Shown here: one piece after another, positions 1-8,763 of the stretch | Layout of the letters: the number at the start of each line of letters is the position of its first letter | Numbering within the stretch: position 1 is the stretch's first letter | Source: Stigmatella ashevillensis | GTDB taxonomy: Bacteria > Myxococcota > Myxococcia > Myxococcales > Myxococcaceae | Direction: 5' to 3' | Assembly (NCBI RefSeq): GCF_028368975.1 | Contig: NZ_JAQNDM010000002.1 | Span: 3,186,425-3,218,424 of the forward strand | Length of the DNA: 32,000 nucleotides | The notes under the pieces: model-generated | What the model saw: the letters and a program-made list of their open reading frames with translations, nothing else | Database searches by the model: none | Told to the model about the DNA's origin: nothing | Program-made: the position numbers and the translations under genes

Positions 1-315
1 CTCGGAGACGGTCTTGATGGTGTCCACCGCCTTGAGCACCTGCTCGCTGCCCTTGGTCTGCTCCTTCTGGGCCCGGTTCAGGTGGGTGACCATCTCGTTG
101 ATGCTCTCGATGGAGCGGGTGATCTGCTTGCTGCCCTGCGTCTGCTCCTGGCTGCTGCGCTGCACGTGCGCGGTGATGACCTTCATCCGCTCGGCGCTCT
201 TGATGATCTGCTCACTGCCCTTGGCCTGCTCGTTGGAGGCCTTGGAGATCATCTGCACCGTCTCCGAGATGCGCTGGATGGCCGTCGTCACCTGACGGCT
301 GCCGCGGGCCTGCTC
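1..315 (-). repeat. In-frame 84-nt (28-aa, four-heptad) tandem repeats in the C-terminal arm of the MCP, each opening with EQxxGSxQ
   Basis: Translated units: EQARGSRQVTTAIQRISETVQMISKASN / EQAKGSEQIIKSAERMKVITAHVQRSSQ / EQTQGSKQITRSIESINEMVTHLNRAQK / EQTKGSEQVLKAVDTIKTVSE (cut by the window edge). Unit boundaries fall at nt 315, 231, 147 and 63. Confidence 0.7.
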
Positions 316-1953
316 CACCGTGGCGCGCGCAATCGCCTTCACCATCTGCGTGGCCTTCTGGGCGCTGTCGTTGATCTTCCACAGGGCCCCTTCCGCGTCC
401 CGGCCCAGCAACACGCCCTCCTCCACGTTCTTCACACCCTGGTTCATCACCGAGACGGCGTTGCGGCTCTCCTCCTGAATGCTGCGGATGAGCTCGGCGA
501 TCTCCTTGGTGGACGCGCCCGTGCGCTCGGCCAGGTCCTTGATCTCCTCGGCCACCACGGCGAAGCCCTTGCCGTGCTCGCCCGCCTGCGCGGCGATGAT
601 GGCGGCGTTGAGCGCCAGCAGGTTGGTCTGCTCGGCCACGTCATCGATGACGTTCAGGATGTTGCCGATCTCCAAGATGCGCCGACCCAGGCTTTCGATG
701 ACGCCCGCGGCGGTGCGGCTCGTCTCCTTGATCCGGTCGATGCCACTGAGCGTCTTCTGCAGCGACTCCACGCCCGACTGCGCGTCCTCGGACACCTGCT
801 CGGACAGCCGCGCCGTCTCGTTGGCGTTCGTCTCCACCTGCCCGATGGAGGAGTCCATCCGCTTGATGGAGACGGACGTCTCCTCCGTGGAGGCCGACAG
901 GCCGGAGATGTTGGTGGCCACCTCGCGGATGGAGAACGACATCTCCTCGATGGCGCTCGTGGTCTCCTCCACGCTGGCCGTCATGGACTGCACGTTCTCG
1001 GCCACCTCATCGTTGGTGGCGGCCATCTCCATGATGGAGGAGCTGCTCTGCTCGGCGCTCTGGTAGAGCACCTCCACGTTCTCCGCGATGCCCCGGAGGC
1101 TCGCCAGCATCTCCACCATGGAGGTGGAGGTCTCCTCCACGCGGGACTGGACGGTGGAGGCACCCGAGGACACCGTGGTCCCCGTCCGGGAGATCTGTTC
1201 AATCACCCCCGCCAGGCTCTCCGACACGCCCCGGACCCGGCCCAGCGTCTCCCGCCAGCTCAGCGCAATGCGGTTGAGGGCCTCGGCCAGCTTCCCCAAC
1301 TCGTCCACCGCCCCCACCTCCACGCGCCCCGTCAGGTCTGACTCGGCCAGCCGGCGCGCCATGGACATCATCGCTTCCAAGGGATGGAGGATGAGCACCC
1401 GGGAGATGGGGAAGAAGAAGAGCATGACGAGAAACAGGCCGGAGCCGAAGATGGCCAGCACCGTCCACCGCAGGGAGACGACCTCCGACGTCAATGCGTC
1501 GGGGTTCATCGCCAGCACCACCCAGCCCGCCCCGTTGTCGAGCGGCTCGGCGATGAGCCGTGTGTCCCCGGTCAGCTCGGGATCCGTCCCCAGGCGGTTG
1601 CGGAGCAAGCGCTCGACCGAGGCCTCGACCCCTGGAGGACGCGTGCCGCTGGAGGCCACGGACACCCCGTTGCGGTCCAGCAACGCCGCGAACCGGACGT
1701 CGTCGTCCCCCCGCAGGGAATCGAAGAACCCTTGCAGGTGCTCTCCCTGGCGGACCTCCATCTTCTGGCTGAAGACGGAGCGGGCAAGCTGCTGGGCCTT
1801 GAGGTGCCCATGCTTGGAGAGATCCTTGTCGAGGAAGTCCTCCACCCGCTCCTGAACGACGAAGGCCAGCACCAGGAACAGGACGGCCTGCGCCACGGTG
1901 AAGTACCCGAAAAGAACCCCTCGAAGACCCAATCTCTGGAAGCGGCGTGCCAA
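1..1953 (-). CDS. Methyl-accepting chemotaxis protein (two TM segments, HAMP, MCP signalling domain); 3' end runs off the left edge of the window
   Basis: Absent from the ORF track because it has no stop in the window. The minus frame with codons at 1-3, 4-6... reads ...VAEQTNLLALNAAIIAAQAGEHGKGFAVVAEEIKDLAERT... (MCP hairpin tip, about nt 540-650). N-terminus is MARRFQRLGLRGVLFGYFTVAQAVLFLVLAFVV, with a second TM (WTVLAIFGSGLFLVMLFFF) followed by a HAMP-like linker. Putative TTG start at 1953-1951; no ATG/GTG further upstream in frame, so the start is uncertain. Confidence 0.88.
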   Translation of the reverse strand, partial: MARRFQRLGLRGVLFGYFTVAQAVLFLVLAFVVQERVEDFLDKDLSKHGHLKAQQLARSVFSQKMEVRQGEHLQGFFDSLRGDDDVRFAALLDRNGVSVASSGTRPPGVEASVERLLRNRLGTDPELTGDTRLIAEPLDNGAGWVVLAMNPDALTSEVVSLRWTVLAIFGSGLFLVMLFFFPISRVLILHPLEAMMSMARRLAESDLTGRVEVGAVDELGKLAEALNRIALSWRETLGRVRGVSESLAGVIEQISRTGTTVSSGASTVQSRVEETSTSMVEMLASLRGIAENVEVLYQSAEQSSSSIMEMAATNDEVAENVQSMTASVEETTSAIEEMSFSIREVATNISGLSASTEETSVSIKRMDSSIGQVETNANETARLSEQVSEDAQSGVESLQKTLSGIDRIKETSRTAAGVIESLGRRILEIGNILNVIDDVAEQTNLLALNAAIIAAQAGEHGKGFAVVAEEIKDLAERTGASTKEIAELIRSIQEESRNAVSVMNQGVKNVEEGVLLGRDAEGALWKINDSAQKATQMVKAIARATVEQARGSRQVTTAIQRISETVQMISKASNEQAKGSEQIIKSAERMKVITAHVQRSSQEQTQGSKQITRSIESINEMVTHLNRAQKEQTKGSEQVLKAVDTIKTVSE

Positions 1954-2102
1954 GGGGCCGCAATCTACGGAGGGAATCCGACAAAGGGCAAGGAACGGAG
2001 AGGGCGTGTTCCCTCGAAGAAGGTAAGATGGGGGGTTACCCAGGGAGCCCATCCCCCGCGGCGAGTAGGTCCCGGGTTGCCGACGCTCCGAGTCTCTCCG
2101 CC

Positions 2103-3131
2103 ATGACGCCACCGACCCTCCTGCTGACGGATCCCCTCTTCCTGCAACACGACCCGGGCCAGGGGCACCCCGAGAGTCCTGCCCGGCTCAAGAGCATCCT
2201 CTCGGTGCTCGCGCGCACCCCGGTGGCGGGCACCCAGGTGCGTTCGCCCCGCTCGGCCACCGCGGCGGAGCTGACCGCCGTCCACACGCCCGAACTGCGC
2301 CAGACGCTGCTCGGAATGGCCGGGCACCGGGCGGTGATCGACGAGGACACCCGGCTCTCCCCGGACAGCTACGACGCGGCCGTCCTGGCCGCGGGGGCCG
2401 CGGTGGGCGCCGTAGAGGAAGTCATGGCGGGCCGGGCCCGCAATGCCTTCGCGCTGGTCCGCCCCCCCGGGCACCATGCCGAGCCCGGGCGGTCCATGGG
2501 GTTCTGCCTCTTCAACAACGTGGCGATCGCCGCTGAAGCGGGGCGGCGGCTGGGCGCCGAGCGCGTGATGGTGCTCGACTGGGACGTGCACCACGGCAAC
2601 GGCACCCAGGCCGCCTTCGAGGGAAGGCGGGACGTGCTCTACCAGTCCGTTCACCAATATCCCTACTACCCGGGCACGGGCGCGCCGCGGGAGGTGGGCC
2701 ACGGCGCGGGCGAGGGTTTCAACGTCAACTGCGGGCTGCCCGGGGGCGCCACGGACTCGGATTACCGGTCCATCTTCGAGGATCTGCTGCTGCCCATCGC
2801 GGATGCGTTCCAGCCCCAGCTCATGCTGGTGTCCGCGGGGTTCGATCCCCACCGGAATGATCCCCTTGGGGGCATGCTGGTCACCGAGCGGGGCTTCGCC
2901 GCGATGTGCGCCGGGCTCCGGTCCCTGGCCGAGCGGGTGTGTGGGGGCAAGCTGGTCCTGGTCCTGGAAGGGGGATACTCCTTGGAAGGGCTCTCCCAGT
3001 CCGTCCATGCCTGCATCGAGGTCCTCGCCGGCCGAAGCGACTCCTTCCCCGGTGGGGAGACGTCCTCGGACGCGGCCCACGCCATCGCCCAGAGCCGCGC
3101 GGCGCTTCGGCCCTACTGGGCCTGCCTCTGA
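2103..3131 (+). CDS. Histone deacetylase-family (class II HDAC / acetylpolyamine amidohydrolase-like) zinc deacetylase
   Basis: Motifs RPPGHHA, DWDVHHGNGTQ, GFDPHRNDPLGG and EGGYSL. I use the internal ATG at 2103 (MTPPTLLLTDPLFLQHDPG...). The track ORF opens at GTG 1947, which would overlap the MCP start region. Confidence 0.9.
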   Translation: MTPPTLLLTDPLFLQHDPGQGHPESPARLKSILSVLARTPVAGTQVRSPRSATAAELTAVHTPELRQTLLGMAGHRAVIDEDTRLSPDSYDAAVLAAGAAVGAVEEVMAGRARNAFALVRPPGHHAEPGRSMGFCLFNNVAIAAEAGRRLGAERVMVLDWDVHHGNGTQAAFEGRRDVLYQSVHQYPYYPGTGAPREVGHGAGEGFNVNCGLPGGATDSDYRSIFEDLLLPIADAFQPQLMLVSAGFDPHRNDPLGGMLVTERGFAAMCAGLRSLAERVCGGKLVLVLEGGYSLEGLSQSVHACIEVLAGRSDSFPGGETSSDAAHAIAQSRAALRPYWACL

Positions 3132-3141
3132 GCACCGCGGA

Positions 3142-3549
3142 TCACCACGAGGCGACACTGGCCGATTCCGAGGGCCCCTCCGGCGAGGCGAACCGCTCGA
3201 CCGTGTTCAGCAGGTCGTCGAGATCCACGGGCTTTCGCAGGTAACCCGCCACGCCCAGCCGAGCCACATCCCGAGAGCTGACACCCTGGCCGGAGACGAC
3301 CACCACGGGAATGGAGGCGATCTCCGCATCGGAGCGCTGCTCGGCCCGGAAGGCCCATCCACTGACGTCGGGCATCATCAGATCCAGCAGGATGAGCTCC
3401 GGGCGAAGTCCCCCCTTCAGCTGATCCAGCGCCTCGCGCCCATCGTGTGCGACGGCCACCTGGTACCCTTCCGTCTCCAGCGCATCCTGGAGCGCGAGCA
3501 AGATGTCATGGTCGTCGTCAACGACAAGCAAGCCGCTCGAATGCTCCAT
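3142..3549 (-). CDS. Single-domain CheY-like response regulator (receiver only)
   Basis: LLVVDDDHDILLAL...ILLDLMMPDVSG...PVVVVSG...GYLRKP gives the acidic pocket, phospho-acceptor Asp, and conserved Ser/Thr and Lys. Strong SD (GGAGGAGGAG) lies just upstream of the ATG. Confidence 0.93.
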   Translation of the reverse strand: MEHSSGLLVVDDDHDILLALQDALETEGYQVAVAHDGREALDQLKGGLRPELILLDLMMPDVSGWAFRAEQRSDAEIASIPVVVVSGQGVSSRDVARLGVAGYLRKPVDLDDLLNTVERFASPEGPSESASVASW

Positions 3550-3774
3550 TGGTCACTCCTCCTCCCCTCTGACGGTGAGGACGGCCTCAAGCAGGCGCCA
3601 CCCCAAAGCGTGCGCTGGATGCCCAGCAAGGGAGCAGGCAACGCTCGGAGATCCCTCTCGGAGGGTCTGACACTCCGTGTCACCGTCCATGCAGCCGAGG
3701 GCGGCGAAGCACACCCGGCGGCTCGTACTTACCTAGAAAGGGATGCCTCTTTCCCTTCAGGACAGCTGACACCC

Positions 3775-5646
3775 ATGTCGCCCACTCCCAACATTCCTCT
3801 CTTCGAAGAGGAGCCCCAGCAATGGACGGCCCAGGATGCCGGGGACCCGGGTGAGCATGCCGGGCAAGCCCTGCGACTCTTGGCCAGGGCAGGCCGCCTG
3901 CTCTCCGTCCAGCGAGGCAGCCTGAAGCCCATCTTGCGGCGGGTTGCCCGCTTGACGACCTCCGGACTGGCCAGCTTCTGCATGGTGGAGCTGGTCCGTC
4001 CCAACGGCCAATTCGAGCGGGTGGCCCTGGCCCATCATGATCCCCAGGCCGAATCCCAGCTTCGGGCCCTTCATCCTCATTCTCCCCAGGACAGCTCGTG
4101 CAGCCCCTGGGTGGATGCCCTTCACAGTGGGACGTCGCAACTGCTGGTGGACTATCCAGTGGAGATCCGCCGACGGCTGACCACGCTGCCCGAGCACCTC
4201 TCCCAGCTCGAAGGGCTGGATCCCCGGTCCCTGATGGTGGTGCCCCTGGTGGGGCATCGGCGGGTGCTGGGCTTGATGCTGCTGGCCCGCGATGGCTCCC
4301 TGCCTCCTTTTGATGCCACGGATCTCATCGTCGCCGAGGAGCTGGCGCGCAGCATGGCCGTCGCGCTCGATGACTCCCGCCTCCTGCGGGAAGCCCGGCG
4401 TGCCGAGCGACGTGCCCGGTTCCTGGCCCGCTCCAGCCGTGTGCTCGCGGGCTCCCTCAACTATCGCGCCACGCTGGATCAGGTCGCCCGGCTCGCGGTG
4501 CCCACCGTGGCGGACCTGTGCGCGGTGGACATGCTCGAAGAGGACGGGAGCATCAGCCGACTGGCCGTGGCGCACCGGGTTCCCGAAAAGGCCGCGCTGG
4601 TCTGGGAGCTGGCACAGCGCTGGCCCTCGCACCTCCAGGATCTCTACGGCTCGGGACATGTCATTCAGACGGGCGAGCCCGAGCTGCGCGGAGAGGTCCA
4701 GGAGACAGGCCTGCCGCGCGCGGCACGGGACCCGGAACACCTGCGCGCCCTGCGTGCCCTGGGGCTGGAGTCCTACCTCGTAGCCCCCCTCCGGGCCCGA
4801 GGCCGGACGCTGGGGGTCATCACCTTCGCCTATACAGGCTCTCACCGCTCCTATCGCCAATCGGATCTGCGGCTGGCGATGGAGCTGGCGGCCCGGGCGG
4901 CCCTGGCCGTGGACAACGCGCTCTTGTACGGCGCCTCTCAAGAAGCCGTGAGACTTCGGGATGAGTTCCTCGCCGTCGCCTCGCACGAGCTGAAAACCCC
5001 GCTCACGCCCCTCAACCTGCGGCTACAGAGCCTGCGGCGCGAGCTGGACCGGAGGGGCTCTCCCGTGGATCCCGCCCGTGTGAAGGAGCACGTCGCCGCG
5101 CTCCAGCGTCAATGCAAGCGGCTGGGCACGCTGGTGGACAGTCTTCTGGATGTCTCGCGCCTGGAAGCCGGCGTGTTGGAACTCGACCTGGAGTTTCTGG
5201 ATCTGGCGGCGCTGGTCCGTGAAGTCATCAGCCGCTTCGCGCCCCAGGCGGCACGCACGGGCACCTTGCTGAACATCCAGGCCGGAGAGCCCATCGTGGG
5301 GCACTGGGACCGGGTGCGGCTGGAGCAGGTGGTGAGCAGCCTGCTCAGCAACGCCCTCAAGTACGGAGTGGGCCACCCCGTTCACATCCGGGCCGGGCGA
5401 GGCCCCCAGGGCGCGCGCCTCACGGTACGGGATGAAGGCATCGGCATCTCCCCCGAGCACCTGCCCCGCATCTTCGAGCGCTTTGAACGGGCGGTCTCCG
5501 CGGAGCATTTCGGGGGCCTGGGCCTGGGGCTCTACCTCACACGCCACCTGGTCGAGGCTTTCGGAGGAACCATCCTCGCCACCAGCGAGCCCGGCCATGG
5601 GTCCACTTTCCAAGTAGACCTTCCCCTGGCCTCCCCCGCTTCTTGA
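3775..5646 (+). CDS. Cytoplasmic sensor histidine kinase with two GAF domains, HisKA and HATPase_c
   Basis: H-box FLAVASHELKTPLTPL, N-box LLSNALKYG, G-boxes DEGIGI and GGLGLGLYL. Two GAF-like blocks (VARLTTSGLASFCMVELV...; VARLAVPTVADLCAVDML...). No TM segment. Start taken at ATG 3775; the in-frame sequence upstream has poor third-position G+C (about 60%). Confidence 0.9.
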   Translation: MSPTPNIPLFEEEPQQWTAQDAGDPGEHAGQALRLLARAGRLLSVQRGSLKPILRRVARLTTSGLASFCMVELVRPNGQFERVALAHHDPQAESQLRALHPHSPQDSSCSPWVDALHSGTSQLLVDYPVEIRRRLTTLPEHLSQLEGLDPRSLMVVPLVGHRRVLGLMLLARDGSLPPFDATDLIVAEELARSMAVALDDSRLLREARRAERRARFLARSSRVLAGSLNYRATLDQVARLAVPTVADLCAVDMLEEDGSISRLAVAHRVPEKAALVWELAQRWPSHLQDLYGSGHVIQTGEPELRGEVQETGLPRAARDPEHLRALRALGLESYLVAPLRARGRTLGVITFAYTGSHRSYRQSDLRLAMELAARAALAVDNALLYGASQEAVRLRDEFLAVASHELKTPLTPLNLRLQSLRRELDRRGSPVDPARVKEHVAALQRQCKRLGTLVDSLLDVSRLEAGVLELDLEFLDLAALVREVISRFAPQAARTGTLLNIQAGEPIVGHWDRVRLEQVVSSLLSNALKYGVGHPVHIRAGRGPQGARLTVRDEGIGISPEHLPRIFERFERAVSAEHFGGLGLGLYLTRHLVEAFGGTILATSEPGHGSTFQVDLPLASPAS

Positions 5647-5702
5647 CGTGCGGAGCCCGCTGACCCAGCGTGCAGGACAGACTCGGTGCCCAGGGGAAAC
5701 AG

Positions 5703-6464
5703 ATGGCGGAGATGCACTATAGAACGGCGTTGGTCACAGGGGCCTCGAGTGGGCTAGGACGCGGCCTGGCCCTGTGGCTCGCTCGGCGCGGCACGCGCGT
5801 GTTCGCCGCGGCCCGGCGGCAGGAACCCCTCCAGGCCCTGGCCCAGGAGGCCCAGGCAGCGGGCGCCACGCTGGAGCCCCTGGACATGGACGTGGCCCGG
5901 GCGGAGGAGACCGTCGCCCGCATCCGCCAGCTCGACGCGGACTGTGGGGGGCTGGACCTGGTGATTGCTAACGCCGGCGTGGGCGGAGAGACCTCCGGCA
6001 AGCGCTTCCCCTGGGAGCGCACGAAACAGATGATCGACATCAACGTCACCGGCGCGGCGGCCACCCTGAGCGCCGTGCTTCCCCAGATGGTGGAGCGCGG
6101 CCGAGGGCACCTGGTGGGCGTGTCCAGCCTGGCGGCGTTCCGGGGCATGCCCACCCATGCCGCCTATTCCGCCTCGAAGATCTTCCTCTCCACTTTCCTG
6201 GAGAGCCTGCGCGTGGACCTGCGCAACACGGGCGTGCGCGTCACCTGTATCTACCCCGGCTTCGTCAAGAGCGAGATGACAGCGAACAACCGCTTCCCCA
6301 TGCCCTTCCTGCTGGAAACAGAGGATGCGGTGGAGCGCATGGGCCGCGCCATCGTGCGCGGAGCGCCCGTGTTCGCCTTCCCCTGGCCGACCGCGCGGTT
6401 CGCGCAGTTGGTCCACTCGCTGCCCGACGCCCTCTTCGATTCCCTGGCGGGCCGACTCCTCTGA
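5703..6464 (+). CDS. Short-chain dehydrogenase/reductase (classical SDR)
   Basis: TGASSGLG cofactor motif, NAG, and catalytic YSASK. Start at ATG 5703 (MAEMHYRTALVTGASSGLG); the track ORF opens 33 nt earlier. Confidence 0.9.
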   Translation: MAEMHYRTALVTGASSGLGRGLALWLARRGTRVFAAARRQEPLQALAQEAQAAGATLEPLDMDVARAEETVARIRQLDADCGGLDLVIANAGVGGETSGKRFPWERTKQMIDINVTGAAATLSAVLPQMVERGRGHLVGVSSLAAFRGMPTHAAYSASKIFLSTFLESLRVDLRNTGVRVTCIYPGFVKSEMTANNRFPMPFLLETEDAVERMGRAIVRGAPVFAFPWPTARFAQLVHSLPDALFDSLAGRLL

Positions 6465-6494
6465 GACAGGGTTCGCGAAGCACTCTGGGTCTTG

Positions 6495-7022
6495 CTACCG
6501 GACAAACACGGGCGCGAACAGGCTGACGGAGTACGGCACCGCTGCCGCGCCCCCCGCTCGAACCCGGACGAAGAACCCGTTTTGGGACTCGGCCCGAAGC
6601 AGGCGTATCTCGCCCGGTTGGCGTTGGACGATGTCTCCAGGTGCGCTCAACGGGATCGGTTGGCCACTGGCATCCACGAGCTCCACCTCCAGTGGACCCC
6701 GCGAGGCCTCCCAGCGCACGGTCGCACCCGCCGGGTGACAGCAGTCCACCCAGGCCTGAATCCAGTCCGCATCGCCAGGGCACGCCACCCTTCCCTCCTG
6801 CACCAAGGGCCCGTGGTTGTAGATGTGGGAGAGAGGAGGGGTCGCCAACCCTTGCTCCAGCGTGTCGTCGTCCTCCCACGCATCATCCGCACACGGGGAC
6901 TCGTTCTCAGTCTGAGCTTGGCTTCCACTCGGGGGGCCGCCTTCTCCCCCATGGGCACGGCACGCTCCCACCCCACTCAGTGTCACCAGCATCAGCGCGA
7001 GGCATGGAAATCTCATGGCCAT
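6495..7022 (-). CDS. Secreted protein or probable lipoprotein with a pre-peptidase C-terminal (PPC)-like domain
   Basis: Signal peptide MAMRFPCLALMLVTLSGVGAC. The body follows the PPC pattern: DAWEDDDTLEQGLA, CPGDADWIQAWV, LEVELVDASGQPI, GFFVRVRA...VPYSVSL. Starts 6 nt after the kinase stop, so it is probably co-transcribed. Confidence 0.6.
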   Translation of the reverse strand: MAMRFPCLALMLVTLSGVGACRAHGGEGGPPSGSQAQTENESPCADDAWEDDDTLEQGLATPPLSHIYNHGPLVQEGRVACPGDADWIQAWVDCCHPAGATVRWEASRGPLEVELVDASGQPIPLSAPGDIVQRQPGEIRLLRAESQNGFFVRVRAGGAAAVPYSVSLFAPVFVR

Positions 7023-7028
7023 GAAGGT

Positions 7029-8435
7029 TCAGGGATACTCGGAGGTTCCTAAAGGGACCGGTGCGAGCACCGGGTAATAGCAAGCGCCCCGCCACTCGTA
7101 GTTTCCTTCTGCACAGGGAGGTGTGGCTTCCCGGGGTACCCCCCAGCAGCCCCCATTGAGTTCTATTTCACGCTTCCTGCATGGAGGCCTTAACTGTCCC
7201 GGTAGATGCTTTTTTGGAACGTCGAGACCGATGCGCTCCGAACCAGATTCCGGGGCTTGCACGGACTCACCCGAAGGGAGCGCATCCTTCGCGAGCCCGG
7301 CGGTCCCCGCGTCTGCCTCGGCCGCGTCTCGGCCGAGGGAATGGACGCCTTCCGCACGCCAGGGCCTCGGCTGCTGCCATAGGTTCCAGGCTCCCTGAAG
7401 CACCAGAGAGGCGGCGAGCCCAGCCACAGCCCCCAACCACGCTCCTCTGAGATGGGAAGGGGGAGAAGGGTTGGGCCGACGAGCCCGTAGAGCAACCGCT
7501 GGCCTCAGACGATGGGTGATGGGCTGATCCGCCTCCGGGCCCGCGGACTCCGCCGCCTGTTCGAGCGCACGGGCCACCTGCGCCGCGCTGCCTCGGGCTG
7601 AGGGCTTCTTCGCGAGCATCTGGCGGATGAGCCTTGCCAGTTCCGGACAGAGCGTCACCCATTCCTCGGGCGGAACCTGGACGGGAACGGAGACGGAAGC
7701 CTCTCCTCGAGAGGCCTTCAGCGTCACCTGGGCGGGGGGATAGACGCCCGCGACGAGGCGATAGGCTGTCACGCCCAGCGCGTAGACGTCGTCCGCCGGT
7801 CCAGGCGCATAGTGCGTGCTCCGCTCACGCCAGAATCGCCACTGGAACTGCACGGCCTCGGGACTGCGGTACGGAGAGGTTCCTGGAGGCAGCACCTCGT
7901 CCGTGAGCGGCGGCGCGCCGCGAAAACTGCCCGCACCGAAGTCGATCAGCACGGCGTGGGCATCCGCGGAACGGACGAGGAGATTGCCCCCCTTCACGTC
8001 CCGGTGCACGCCCTCCGCCTCGTGGGTCGCGGCCAGGGCGCGCGCGGCCTGGGCCAGCACTCGCAGCACAAGCCTGGACGTGAGGACACGTCCCTGGCCC
8101 CAGGCGTACAACGGGATGCCTTCCACCCAATCCATGACAATGAAGGGAATGGGGCCGGCCCGATGGGCCCATTGCCCGCGGTCTCGCAGGCCCGGCACGT
8201 TCGGCTGAGACAGGCGCGAGAGCAGCTCCGCCTCCCGCTCGAAGCGCGGATCCCTGGGATGGCGGGCCAGCTTCAACGCGAAGGGTCCGCTTCCCTCCTC
8301 ACCCCGCCGCTCGGCGCGGTAGACCACCCCATAGGTGCCGTACCCCTTCAGCTCCCCAATTCTCCAGGAGCCGATCTCCGTGCCCGGAGGAAGACAGGAC
8401 AGTTCCCGAGCCTGAGCGCTCCCATGCGTCGCCAC
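7029..8435 (-). CDS. Eukaryotic-like Ser/Thr protein kinase with one TM segment and a Cys-rich extracytoplasmic tail
   Basis: G-loop GYGTYGVVY, FALKL, catalytic HRDVKGGN, DFGAGSF, SPYRSPE. TM segment GAWLGAVAGLAASLVLQGAW. C-terminal PPCRKREIELNGGCWGVPREATPPCAEGNYEWRGACYYP has four Cys. GTG start. Confidence 0.9.
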   Translation of the reverse strand: MATHGSAQARELSCLPPGTEIGSWRIGELKGYGTYGVVYRAERRGEEGSGPFALKLARHPRDPRFEREAELLSRLSQPNVPGLRDRGQWAHRAGPIPFIVMDWVEGIPLYAWGQGRVLTSRLVLRVLAQAARALAATHEAEGVHRDVKGGNLLVRSADAHAVLIDFGAGSFRGAPPLTDEVLPPGTSPYRSPEAVQFQWRFWRERSTHYAPGPADDVYALGVTAYRLVAGVYPPAQVTLKASRGEASVSVPVQVPPEEWVTLCPELARLIRQMLAKKPSARGSAAQVARALEQAAESAGPEADQPITHRLRPAVALRARRPNPSPPSHLRGAWLGAVAGLAASLVLQGAWNLWQQPRPWRAEGVHSLGRDAAEADAGTAGLAKDALPSGESVQAPESGSERIGLDVPKKHLPGQLRPPCRKREIELNGGCWGVPREATPPCAEGNYEWRGACYYPVLAPVPLGTSEYP

Positions 8436-8536
8436 GTGAGGACTCTACCTCTGTCTGGCTGGCTGCCCTGCAAGGGGCCTTCAGAAAAAAGGTAAGGCCT
8501 GCTTGTGGAGGGGGCACAAGCGGTTATCTCGAAGAC

Positions 8537-8737
8537 ATGACTGGATTCCAGCCCCGATCCGAGGTGAGCGAGTACACGATTCCGGAAGGATGCCCGGGGT
8601 GCGGTGCCGACCTGCCCGTGCGTGTGTCCGAGAAGGGCGCCATGAGCGTGTGCACCCACTGCCACTGGATGGGACGGCCCGTATTGACCGTCACCCACCG
8701 GGGCCTGAGCGTGGAAGTGAAGGCCCTCCAGGCCTGA
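8537..8737 (+). CDS. Small zinc-ribbon-like protein (66 aa), function unknown
   Basis: CPGC...(20 aa)...CTHC forms a four-Cys knuckle pair. Third-position G+C is about 83% by hand count, consistent with coding. No homolog recognised. Confidence 0.5.
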   Translation: MTGFQPRSEVSEYTIPEGCPGCGADLPVRVSEKGAMSVCTHCHWMGRPVLTVTHRGLSVEVKALQA

Positions 8738-8763
8738 TAAGCGCCCAGCCCGCCGATGGCCGC

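Noticed and set aside
82-1341. 419-aa plus-strand ORF and other ORFs over 1-1984 (479..1066, 1088..1855, 1199..1984, 1384..2106)
   Set aside because: All are antisense to, or out of frame with, the minus-strand MCP, whose frame contains the unmistakable MCP hairpin sequence. That frame is absent from the track only because it lacks a stop in the window.
2803-3774. 5' extension of the 947-aa ORF containing the histidine kinase
   Set aside because: It overlaps the HDAC gene in another frame and runs antisense through the receiver gene. The 3619-3774 portion has only about 60% third-position G+C. The kinase is called from ATG 3775.
8476-8499. GGCCTT-cagaaaaaaggt-AAGGCC stem-loop in the kinase/zinc-ribbon divergent region
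   Set aside because: It is a real inverted repeat, but it lies between two divergent starts, so it is not a terminator. It has no second copy or recognisable operator pattern.
8738-8763. Hairpin TAAGCG...CGCTTA between the zinc-ribbon gene and the retropepsin gene as a terminator
   Set aside because: It has only a 6-bp stem with a 17-nt loop and no U-tract, which is too weak to call.
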